The notes: generated by a model not told the origin, from the sequence alone. A stretch of DNA of 46,716 bases from Desulfobacterales bacterium (GCA_049284575.1 JBAPYE010000325.1:1-46716), one strand, 5' to 3'; positions 19,770 through 27,710 are shown, counted from the stretch's first letter. Numbers and translations: made by a program.

Positions 19770-20948
19770 ATGATCGGAATATCCAAGCTTTACTGCGGGA
19801 CGGTGGAGCCTTCGGACGCGCTGCGCTACGGGCGCTCGTCGGCCCATCTGCCCTCGCACCTTCTGCAGTTTTCCAAGGACAAGCGGCCGGTGGTGGTCTG
19901 GAACGTCACCCGGCGCTGCAACCTGAAGTGTGTCCACTGCTACGCCCAAGCCAAGGACATCGCATTCAACAACGAACTCTCCACCCGGGACGGGAAAAAA
20001 CTGATCGACGATCTGGCGGGATTCGGCGTGCCGGTTCTGCTCTTTTCGGGTGGCGAGCCCATGGTGCGCCCCGATTTACCGGAGCTTGCGGGCTACGCGG
20101 TGCAGATGGGCATGCGGGCGGTCATTTCCACTAACGGGACCCTCATCACCCGGGAAAAGGCCCGGGTTCTGAAAGACATCGGCCTGTCCTACGTCGGCAT
20201 CAGTCTGGATGGGATGGAAGCGGTCAACGACCGTTTCAGAGGGGTCAAGGGTGCTTATGCCAAAGCCCTCGACGGCATCCGCAACTGCCAGGAAGCCGGC
20301 ATCAAGGTGGGCTTGCGGTTTACCATCAACAAGGCCAACTTCGCCGAAATCCCAAAGATTTTCGACCTCCTAGAGGAGATGCAGATCCCCAGGATCTGTT
20401 TTTACCACCTGGTGTATGCCGGGCGGGGCTCCCACCTGGTCGAAGACGATCTTTCCCACGCCGAGAGCCGCGCGGCCGTTGACCTGATCATGGACCGCAC
20501 CAGGGACCTTCACGACCGGGGCAAGCCCAAGGAAGTCCTGACCGTCGACAACCATGCCGACGGCCCTTACGTCTACCTGCGCCTTCTTCGGGAAAACCCC
20601 GCAAGGGCCAAAGAGGTGCTCGAGCTGCTCAAAATGAACGAGGGTAACAACTCGGGCCGGGGCATCGGGTGCGTCAGCTGGGACGGGGAAGTTTACGCCG
20701 ACCAGTTCTGGCGCCATTACAGCTTCGGCAACATTGGCCGGCGCCCGTTTTCGGTGATCTGGTCGGATACCTCCGAGCCCTTGATGGGCAAGCTCAAGGA
20801 AAAAAAGCGGCATGTGAAGGGCCGCTGCGCCACCTGCCGCTGGCTGGATATCTGCGGCGGCAACTTCAGGGTTCGCGCCGAGGCGGTCAGCGGCGACGTC
20901 TGGGCCCCGGATCCGGCCTGCTACCTCAGCGATGATGAAATTGCCTGA
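19770..20948 (+). CDS. NirJ/Ahb-type radical SAM enzyme of siroheme-dependent haem synthesis (tentatively AhbC-like)
   Basis: 392 aa. NVTRRCNLKCVHCYA (CxxxCxxC) and a C-terminal auxiliary-cluster Cys motif GRCATCRWLDICGG...ACY. The N-terminus ISKLYCGTVEPSDALRYG is NirJ-like. The ATG is 4 nt after the ClpX-like stop. The AhbC versus AhbD assignment is not certain. Confidence 0.8.
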   Translation: MIGISKLYCGTVEPSDALRYGRSSAHLPSHLLQFSKDKRPVVVWNVTRRCNLKCVHCYAQAKDIAFNNELSTRDGKKLIDDLAGFGVPVLLFSGGEPMVRPDLPELAGYAVQMGMRAVISTNGTLITREKARVLKDIGLSYVGISLDGMEAVNDRFRGVKGAYAKALDGIRNCQEAGIKVGLRFTINKANFAEIPKIFDLLEEMQIPRICFYHLVYAGRGSHLVEDDLSHAESRAAVDLIMDRTRDLHDRGKPKEVLTVDNHADGPYVYLRLLRENPARAKEVLELLKMNEGNNSGRGIGCVSWDGEVYADQFWRHYSFGNIGRRPFSVIWSDTSEPLMGKLKEKKRHVKGRCATCRWLDICGGNFRVRAEAVSGDVWAPDPACYLSDDEIA

Positions 20949-21119
20949 GCCTCACTGTGCCGACCGGCCGAAAGGGTTGCACACGCAGGTCAGCCGACGC
21001 AATCATCGCGTCCAAAGCGGTTTGTCAGCAAAACGCCGCCGATCACCAGCACCCCGCCGGCCGGAAGAAAGAACGTAAGGGGTTCGCGCTATTGGCCCCA
21101 GGTGCGCGACAGGCGCAGT

Positions 21120-22130
21120 TTATAGACTGCAGTCCTCGCAGCTGATCATCTGACGGGCCAGCACCTTGGCGGCAGTGACCGCAAAATAGGTGACGATCAT
21201 GTCCGCCCCGGCCCGCTTGATGGAGGTCAGGCTCTCCAGCATGTTGCACACCTCGTCCACCAGGCCGATGGCGGCCGCTCCCTTGATCTGGGCGTACTCG
21301 CCGGACACCTGGTAGGCCGCCACGGGCAAATCGAAGGTATCACGAACGGCTTTGATGATATCCAGGTACGGCAGGGCCGGTTTGACCATGACGATATCGG
21401 CCCCCTCTTCAATGTCGAGGGCCACTTCGCGCATGGCTTCGCGGGCATTGCCGGGATCCATCTGATAGGTTTTGCGGTCACCGAAAGCCGGGCAACAGTC
21501 GGCGGCGGCCCGGAAAGGCCCGTAAAAGGAGGAGGCATACTTGGCGGCGTAGGACATCACCGGCGTGTTGCAAAACCCGTGAGCGTCGAGAGCCTGCCGG
21601 ATGGCGGACACCCGGCCGTCCATCATGTCGGAGGGGGCCACCATGTCGGCCCCGGCCCGAACCTGGCTCAGCGCCGTGCGGGCCAGCAGTTCGAGGGTAG
21701 GGTCGTTGTCCACCGTGTCGCCGCAGACTATCCCGCAGTGCCCGTGGTCGGTATACTCGCACAGGCAAGTGTCGCAAATAACACAGATCTCGGGCCGGGC
21801 GGACTTGATTTCGCGAACGGCCAGCTGCACCGGGCCGTCCTCGGCCCAGGCATCGGACCCGCGACTGTCCTTATGGGCCGGCAGACCGAAGAGAAGTACC
21901 GCCGGCACCCCCGCCGCGTATGCCTCTTGGGCCGCAACGGCCGCCATCGCCGGGCTGAGATGGTAGCAGTCGGGCATGCTCTTGATGGGCTCCCGGTAGT
22001 GTCTGTCGCGGGTTGCCTTGACAAACAGGGGCAAGATAAAGTCGTGCGGGGTGAGCGCGGTCTCCCGGACCATATGACGGATGGTCGGGCTCATTCTCAG
22101 CCTGCGGGGACGCTTGACGGGGAAAGCCAT
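21120..22130 (-). CDS. hemB: Porphobilinogen synthase (ALA dehydratase), Zn-dependent type
   Basis: [23 protein letters not shown] start at ATG 22130 (the ORF-track start 22286 is an upstream extension). Zn motif [14 protein letters not shown]. Active-site Lys contexts IVMVKPA and YQVSGEYA. Confidence 0.95.
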   Translation of the reverse strand: MAFPVKRPRRLRMSPTIRHMVRETALTPHDFILPLFVKATRDRHYREPIKSMPDCYHLSPAMAAVAAQEAYAAGVPAVLLFGLPAHKDSRGSDAWAEDGPVQLAVREIKSARPEICVICDTCLCEYTDHGHCGIVCGDTVDNDPTLELLARTALSQVRAGADMVAPSDMMDGRVSAIRQALDAHGFCNTPVMSYAAKYASSFYGPFRAAADCCPAFGDRKTYQMDPGNAREAMREVALDIEEGADIVMVKPALPYLDIIKAVRDTFDLPVAAYQVSGEYAQIKGAAAIGLVDEVCNMLESLTSIKRAGADMIVTYFAVTAAKVLARQMISCEDCSL

Positions 22131-22223
22131 TGCAACAGTCTCCAGATAGCGCGGTTGGGTCCAGAAAGCGAATGCCTTCAGATGGGCGGCGACCTGACGG
22201 AGCCCCCCGGGGCCGTCGGCCGC

Positions 22224-22254
22224 AAAACAAAAAGGGTGATGGCCAGCATCACCC
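22224..22254 (-). terminator. Intrinsic-terminator-like hairpin in the hemB 5' region (T2)
   Basis: The minus strand reads GGGTGATG-ctggc-CATCACCC (8-bp perfect stem), then TTTTTGTTTT. It lies about 95 nt upstream of the hemB ATG. Confidence 0.5.
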
Positions 22255-22269
22255 GGTTCTCTAAGATGA

Positions 22270-22299
22270 GATATAGCCCCATGCATTTTGGGTTGTCAA
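22270..22299 (-). promoter_or_regulatory. Candidate sigma70 promoter facing hemB
   Basis: The minus strand reads TTGACA (22299-22294), 18 nt, then TATATC (22275-22270). The predicted TSS falls about 10 nt before hairpin T2. Confidence 0.4.
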
Positions 22300-22348
22300 G
22301 ACATTCCCCCCGGCAGACAGGGGGCCGGCGAAGATCCCCCCCGGGGCC

Positions 22349-22377
22349 TTGACCACCGACCGGTCGAGGGGTATGTT
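22349..22377 (+). promoter_or_regulatory. Candidate sigma70 promoter for the second radical SAM gene
   Basis: TTGACC (22349-22354), 17 nt, then TATGTT (22372-22377), about 130 nt upstream of ATG 22515. Confidence 0.45.
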
Positions 22378-22390
22378 GCGGCCGCAACCC

Positions 22391-22425
22391 AAACAAAAAA
22401 ACGCGACCGGTGTGCCACCGGGCGC
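22391..22425 (-). terminator. Second intrinsic-terminator-like hairpin on the hemB-sense strand (T1)
   Basis: The minus strand reads GCGCCCGGTG-gca-CACCGGTCGCG (6+3 bp with one mismatch), then TTTTTTTGTTT. No annotated minus-strand gene lies upstream of it. Confidence 0.45.
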
Positions 22426-22514
22426 CGATCACAGCCGGGCCCCCTGGGGCCAAAACCCTGCTGAGACCAACAGCCGCCGGCGACGGCCGCAACCCCGAAA
22501 GCGAAGCGTGACCT

Positions 22515-23627
22515 ATGACCGACCGACACCCCGACCGCCCCCACCCCGCGGACCGCCCCCACGGCCACCCGAAAGACGCCGTCCTGCGGCTTGTGGCCTG
22601 GGAGGTCACCCGCAACTGCAACCTCTCCTGCAAACACTGCCGGGCGGCCGCCACCTGCGGGCCATACAGCGGCGAGTTGGAAACCGGCCAATGCCTGCAA
22701 CTGCTGGACCAGATCGCCCAACTGGGCAGCCCCATCGTGATTCTGACGGGTGGAGAGCCGCTGCTGCGCAAGGACATATTCGAAATCGCGCGCTACGGCA
22801 ACGACAAGGGGCTGCGCATGGTGATGGCACCCAATGGCACCCTGATTACGGCCGAATCGGCCCGCCAGCTGGCGGCGGCCGGCATCCAGCGCATCAGCGT
22901 GAGCATCGACGGCGCCACCCGCGAGCACCACGACCGCTTCAGGGGCGTGGCGGGCGCCTATGACGCCGCTTTGAAGGGCATCGAGCGCGCCAAGGCGGCC
23001 GGCATCGAATTCCAGATCAACACCACGATCACCAAGGACAACCTGGACGAGATCAGCCGGATCCAGGAGCTGGCCGTGAACCTGGGGGCCGTGGCCCACC
23101 ACATCTTCCTGCTGGTCCCCACCGGGCGCGGCAAATACATCGCGGACCGGGCCATCGACGCCGAAGAATACGAGCGCACCCTGAACTGGTTTTACGACCA
23201 GCGGGGCAAAACGCCGCTGCAGCTCAAGGCGACCTGCGCACCCCACTACTACCGCATCCTCCGTCAGCGGGCCAAGGCCGACGGTGAGCACGTCACATTT
23301 GAAACCCACGGCCTGGACGCCGTCACCCGCGGCTGCCTCGGGGGCACCGGCTTCTGCTTTATTTCGCACACCGGCATCGTCCAGCCGTGCGGTTTTTTGG
23401 AGCTGGACTGCGGGGACGTCACCCGGCAATCGTTCGCGGACATCTGGCGCACCTCGGAGGTCTTTTTGAAGCTGCGCGACTTTGACAACCTGAAGGGCAA
23501 ATGCGGCTGCTGCGAGTACAAGCGGGTCTGCGGCGGGTGCCGCGCCCGGGCCTACGAGGCGACCGGCGACTATCTGGCCGAAGAGCCGCTGTGCAGCTAC
23601 ACCCCGTCAGCCCTGAAAAAAGCCTGA
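22515..23627 (+). CDS. NirJ/Ahb-type radical SAM enzyme (tentatively AhbD-like haem synthase)
   Basis: 370 aa. EVTRNCNLSCKHCRA (CxxxCxxC), C-terminal GKCGCCEYKRVCGGCRARA..CSY auxiliary-cluster motif and a His/Pro-rich N-terminal tail. The AhbC versus AhbD assignment is not certain. Confidence 0.8.
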   Translation: MTDRHPDRPHPADRPHGHPKDAVLRLVAWEVTRNCNLSCKHCRAAATCGPYSGELETGQCLQLLDQIAQLGSPIVILTGGEPLLRKDIFEIARYGNDKGLRMVMAPNGTLITAESARQLAAAGIQRISVSIDGATREHHDRFRGVAGAYDAALKGIERAKAAGIEFQINTTITKDNLDEISRIQELAVNLGAVAHHIFLLVPTGRGKYIADRAIDAEEYERTLNWFYDQRGKTPLQLKATCAPHYYRILRQRAKADGEHVTFETHGLDAVTRGCLGGTGFCFISHTGIVQPCGFLELDCGDVTRQSFADIWRTSEVFLKLRDFDNLKGKCGCCEYKRVCGGCRARAYEATGDYLAEEPLCSYTPSALKKA

Positions 23628-23706
23628 TGGCACCCCGGACGCAGCGAGGGCGGTACCGGCTGCCCGGCGGGTTCCGTCCCACCCCCCTGGGGTGACATCC
23701 CCGGGT

Positions 23707-25809
23707 TCAGGCCGGCGGGGGGTCGATGGCGTTGAGTTCGAGCGTGATGGGGCGGTTTTCCTCGCTTTTACCGGCAAACCGGATGGGCCCCGGGCGCCGG
23801 TAATTGTCCGGTCCGGGGGTGGCGGCCAGCCACTTTTCGCGACAGGCCTTGACCACCAGAAATGCCGGACTCTGCAGATCGACGATGCTTTTTTCAAGCA
23901 CCAGGGTCAGCCGCCCCTTGCGCTCTTCGAGGTGCATGAGCGGTGCGATGGGAATCCCGATCGGTTCCCAGCGTTTGAAATCCCGCTCGAGATGGCGGAT
24001 GGCCGCCATCTGGCCGGTGGCGCCGTTGGCGATCAGACTGAAGACCGTCAGTCCCAGGTTGTAGGTGTAGATGCAGTCGAAGCGCGTGGGGTCGTTGCCA
24101 CGGCCATCGTAGCCGTAAAAGTGCACCTGGGTTTTGAACTTCGGGTCGGACTTTTCGTAGACTTTTAAAATGGCCGCCGGAATGGCCGCATCCTCGGCCA
24201 GCAGCCCGGCCCGATTGAGCTCCTGGCGCAGGGTCTTCTGGGAGATGATGGCTTCCCGCACCAGCAGCAGCCCGTCACCCTCGTAGTTGCGAAAGAGCAC
24301 CGGGCCGTAGCCGTCGGGATCCAGTCCCACCCGCTGGAGGGTCTTGCGATACCACGAGCGTTCCAGGCCCAGTTTGTAAACGCCCTTTTCCTTCAGGATT
24401 TTGAGATAATCCTTGGCCAGCCCCAAGACCACCTTTTCCGTGTCCACCTGTGAAAACTGGAAGTTGCCGTGGCTGTCGCGCTCCAACAGGAGACCTTCCT
24501 GAAAAAAAGCGGGAATGTCGTTGAAGAGGTCGTCGTCGCGGGTGTTCCAGACGGTGAAGGCGTCGCTTTCGCGGGCGCGCCGGGCAAGGCGGCGGAGATA
24601 CTCGAGCTTGTCCTCCAGGACGGGGAAATCCAGGTGAAAGTCGGTGTCGTGGGTGGCGTTGTAGTCGGCAATGATGGTGTTCAGCTTGATGATGAACACC
24701 TGAATTTCATTGATAAACTCCAGAACACCTTCGGGGATTACGGCCACCCCGTAATTTTTGCCGGCCGCCGCGCGCCGCACGATGGCGTCGCAGATCACCC
24801 GGGACAGGTGCCGCAGGGTCATGCCGTAAGCGGTGTAATCGGTTTCCCCGCTGCCCAGGGCTTTTTCAAGCCGGGAGCGGTCGACGTAGTCGGCCAGGTC
24901 CTCGCCGATCAGGGTGATGTTGGCGTGGGTCTGCAGGGCGACCTCCAGCGCCAGATGGCTGGCCACCCGCCCCATCACCTTGCAGATGTGCCAGTATTTG
25001 ACGTCCGAACTGCTGTCCGTGCAGAGGTTGCTGACCGCGTTGGCAAATGACCTCGCGGCCGAGTGGAACCCGAAGGACATGGCGCACAGGCTGCAGCCGC
25101 CGGCATCCCGCACCTGGATGTCGCCATCGATGGTCTTGGGCACCCCGATGACCTGGATCCCATCGGCGTGCATCGCCTCGGCCAGAAAGGCGGCATTGGT
25201 GTTGGAATCATCGCCGCCGACCACCACCAAGGCATCCAAGCGCAACCGCCGGCAGGTTTCCCGTGACAGGGCCACTTTTTCCTGCGAGTCGATCTTGGTC
25301 CGCCCGGTCCGGATCATGGTGAACCCGCCCAGGTTGCGGTAGGCGTCCACCAATTCGGCCGTCAGCTCGACGGCTTCGTCTTCGACGATGCCGTCGGGTC
25401 CCATCAGGAAGCCGAAAACCCGGCTCTCGGGGTTGGCCTCGCGCACCGCATCGAACAGCCCGGCAATCACATTGTGCCCCCCCGGGGCCGGGCCGCCGGA
25501 GAATACGATGCCGATATTGCGCTTCTTGCGGTAGCAGGCCTCAAAGGCCGGATCCGGTGAGGGTGCAGCCGCCAGCACCTGAACTTGGTTGTCGATAATC
25601 CGCGGCAGCCTGAAACGCGCCTCGGCGTCTATTTCAAAATGGTACTCCTCGGCCGCCTGGAGGGTGGTGCACGCAGAGGCGAACACCTCGCAGCGCGGCG
25701 GCGCGTATTTCAGACGCTCGCGCAGCTCTTGGTTGACGTTGGCGGTCGCCTCGATCACGTCGGGGTGCTGCAGGAGCGCTTCCAAACCAGATAATGAGCT
25801 TTGCGACAT
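23707..25809 (-). CDS. pfp: Diphosphate--fructose-6-phosphate 1-phosphotransferase (PPi-PFK), unusually long form
   Basis: 700 aa. GGPAPGGHN, GGDDSNT (Asp typical of the PPi type), PKTIDGD (Lys typical of the PPi type) and MGR. A ggagg RBS precedes ATG 25809. Confidence 0.9.
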   Translation of the reverse strand: MSQSSLSGLEALLQHPDVIEATANVNQELRERLKYAPPRCEVFASACTTLQAAEEYHFEIDAEARFRLPRIIDNQVQVLAAAPSPDPAFEACYRKKRNIGIVFSGGPAPGGHNVIAGLFDAVREANPESRVFGFLMGPDGIVEDEAVELTAELVDAYRNLGGFTMIRTGRTKIDSQEKVALSRETCRRLRLDALVVVGGDDSNTNAAFLAEAMHADGIQVIGVPKTIDGDIQVRDAGGCSLCAMSFGFHSAARSFANAVSNLCTDSSSDVKYWHICKVMGRVASHLALEVALQTHANITLIGEDLADYVDRSRLEKALGSGETDYTAYGMTLRHLSRVICDAIVRRAAAGKNYGVAVIPEGVLEFINEIQVFIIKLNTIIADYNATHDTDFHLDFPVLEDKLEYLRRLARRARESDAFTVWNTRDDDLFNDIPAFFQEGLLLERDSHGNFQFSQVDTEKVVLGLAKDYLKILKEKGVYKLGLERSWYRKTLQRVGLDPDGYGPVLFRNYEGDGLLLVREAIISQKTLRQELNRAGLLAEDAAIPAAILKVYEKSDPKFKTQVHFYGYDGRGNDPTRFDCIYTYNLGLTVFSLIANGATGQMAAIRHLERDFKRWEPIGIPIAPLMHLEERKGRLTLVLEKSIVDLQSPAFLVVKACREKWLAATPGPDNYRRPGPIRFAGKSEENRPITLELNAIDPPPA

Positions 25810-25878
25810 GGCGCCTCCGTAATAATATCTGCTCGGTAAAGATGACGGGCACGAAAGGGGAACTTGGGTGCCGGCATC

Positions 25879-25918
25879 AAGCGTTCCAGGGGCGAAGGGC
25901 CGCGCCCCTGGAACGCTT
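25879..25918. repeat. 16-bp perfect inverted repeat (hairpin) abutting the GGDEF gene stop codon
   Basis: AAGCGTTCCAGGGGCG-aagggccg-CGCCCCTGGAACGCTT. The last base overlaps the stop codon (25918-25920). No U-tract follows on the minus strand. Confidence 0.6.
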
Positions 25919-27561
25919 CAGAGAACGGCCACCCGGTTGCGGCCCTGCGCTTTGGCCATGTACATCGCCTGATCGACACGGTTGAACAGGCTCAGGGGAT
26001 CTCTGTCCTCGGCTGTTATGACCGTCACCCCGAAGCTGATGGTCACCGCAAAGGACTGGTCCTTGCAGACAAACTGGGTCGCCTCGATCTCCCGCCGCAG
26101 TTTTTCGGCCACCCCCGTTGCAGCCTCGCGGCTGGTGGCCGGCAGCAGCAGGATAAACTCCTCGCCGCCGAAACGGCAGAAAAAATCGCTCGACCGCAAC
26201 ATGGGACCCAGACGCAGGCAGATCTCCTTCAGGCACCGGTCGCCGATGGCATGCCCGAAACGGTCATTGATCTGTTTGAAGTGATCCACGTCGAAAAGCA
26301 CCATTGCAAACGCCTGGCCGTAGCGCAAAAACCGCTGAAACTCCTCGCCGATGCGTTTGTCGTAGGCGCGCCGGTTGTAAGTTCCGGTCAGCGGATCGAT
26401 CAGCAGTTCGGCCTCGAGGCTTTCGGCGCGCCGGCGGGCAGCTGTGATTTCACCCTGCAGATGTTTAAATTCCTTTTCCAGCCCGACCATCTGACCGTCC
26501 ACCAGCGCCAACTGCCGCTGATCCTGCCGGCGCTGTTCGGCCAGGGCCGCGCTGATGGTTTTCAGCTTGGAGAGCACGGTTTGCTTCAACTCGTCTAGAG
26601 TGCTGCTGAAATTGACATGCCCCTTGAGCGCCTCGAACTGCGTTTCCAGACCGTTGCGAAATCCGTCCCGAACGCGCTGGGCATCGCGCGCCTGGCTGAG
26701 GGAATCGAAAACCAGGGATTCCATATCGCCCAGACGGTTGCCGATTTCCTGAATAAATGTGGCGGCCTGCTCGCGCTCACGGCTCAGGTGTCCGGCATAA
26801 TCCTTGACCAGCGCGATCAGGGCCTGCCGCGTGCCAAGGGCCGCCTCAAGGCTGTCCGCCTGCCGCAGGCAGGCTTCCACGGCCTGCACCCGCTGCAGGT
26901 AGTCGCGGTCCAGGTGCAGCTTGAGTTCGGCGGTGATCGACTGCGCAATCTCTTTGAATTGGTTTAGAAATGCGGTTTCAAGGGCGGGGCACTCGTCTTC
27001 GGCCTTTTCGGCTTTTCGAAAACGGCCCAGCAAACGGCCACCGGCATCCGAGCGGGACCCCCGGGAAGCCGGTGCATCGGGCTGGCTACGGATCAGGGCG
27101 ACTTTGTAGTCTGAAAAGGCTGCTTCCAACTCGCCGCTCGGCGCGTTGGCAAGGGCAAGCTGGCGCAGCCGGTCTAACGGGTCATGCAACGGCGGGCTTT
27201 CCAGTTGGCGCAGCTGCTGGGCCAAAAGTCCCACCGCACGGCAGAAAAATCGGCTCTTGTCGGTCTCCCGCTGTTCCAGCTCCTCTACCCGGCCCAACAG
27301 TTTTTGCTTGTGCTGACGAATGGTTTCCAGCTGGCGCAGGAGCCCTTTCAGCCGGGCGTCTTGACTGGCGGAGAGATCTGCAGCGGCGTCGGCCGGCGGC
27401 GCCGGGGACGGCCGCAGGCCGGCGAACTCCCTGCGATCCACCAGGCGCGCGGCGAGCAGATCACGGCTCAGGCCTTTGCCGCTTTCAGCAACTTCCCGCA
27501 AGACTTCCAGCACCGCGTCGGCGATCACGGCCATGTGTTTGTCTGCAGGGGGCGGGATCAT
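25918..27561 (-). CDS. Diguanylate cyclase (GGDEF) with a long N-terminal coiled-coil region
   Basis: 547 aa. C-terminal GGDEF domain with active site GGEEF and I-site RSSD five residues upstream. No TM helix seen. Confidence 0.9.
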   Translation of the reverse strand: MIPPPADKHMAVIADAVLEVLREVAESGKGLSRDLLAARLVDRREFAGLRPSPAPPADAAADLSASQDARLKGLLRQLETIRQHKQKLLGRVEELEQRETDKSRFFCRAVGLLAQQLRQLESPPLHDPLDRLRQLALANAPSGELEAAFSDYKVALIRSQPDAPASRGSRSDAGGRLLGRFRKAEKAEDECPALETAFLNQFKEIAQSITAELKLHLDRDYLQRVQAVEACLRQADSLEAALGTRQALIALVKDYAGHLSREREQAATFIQEIGNRLGDMESLVFDSLSQARDAQRVRDGFRNGLETQFEALKGHVNFSSTLDELKQTVLSKLKTISAALAEQRRQDQRQLALVDGQMVGLEKEFKHLQGEITAARRRAESLEAELLIDPLTGTYNRRAYDKRIGEEFQRFLRYGQAFAMVLFDVDHFKQINDRFGHAIGDRCLKEICLRLGPMLRSSDFFCRFGGEEFILLLPATSREAATGVAEKLRREIEATQFVCKDQSFAVTISFGVTVITAEDRDPLSLFNRVDQAMYMAKAQGRNRVAVL

Positions 27562-27567
27562 AAGGCG

Positions 27568-27597
27568 TTAATAACGACCAACGAATCGTTTTGTCAA
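27568..27597 (-). promoter_or_regulatory. Candidate sigma70 promoter abutting the GGDEF start codon (leaderless geometry)
   Basis: The minus strand reads TTGACA (27597-27592), 18 nt, then TATTAA (27573-27568). Only 6 nt separate the -10 from ATG 27561, and there is no SD. Confidence 0.4.
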
Positions 27598-27682
27598 CGA
27601 TAATTAAAGGTTCGGCGGCCCTGCGGCAGGCGTGCGGGTAATCTGCGGCCGCCCCGGGCGAGAACCGAATCCTAAAAACGAC

Positions 27683-27710
27683 TTGCCATTTTGAACAGAT
27701 ATGTTAAAAA
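27683..27710 (+). promoter_or_regulatory. Candidate extended -10 promoter for the zinc-ribbon ORF / ABC operon
   Basis: TTGCCA (27683-27688), 16 nt, then TGtTAAAAA (-10 at 27705-27710). Confidence 0.4.

Noticed and set aside
20949-21119. Convergent spacer between the AhbC-like gene and hemB; the minus-strand frame encodes a TM-like peptide (LTFFLPAGGVLVIGGVLLTNRF..)
   Set aside because: There is no ATG and no RBS. The only start is an internal GTG, which would give ~20 aa. I also saw no terminator hairpin. Support for a micro-ORF is insufficient.
21120-22286. ORF-track version of hemB with a 52-aa N-terminal extension
   Set aside because: The extension has no RBS and would run through the promoter-like element and terminator hairpin T2. 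The canonical HemB N-terminus ([12 protein letters not shown]) starts at 22130.
22296-23429. 377-aa minus-strand ORF
   Set aside because: It is antisense to the AhbD-like radical SAM gene, whose CxxxCxxC and auxiliary-cluster motifs identify the true frame.
23628-23643. TGGCAC, resembling a sigma54 -24 element, after the radical SAM stop
   Set aside because: The -12 position reads ACGC instead of TTGC, and no plus-strand gene lies downstream (pfp converges).
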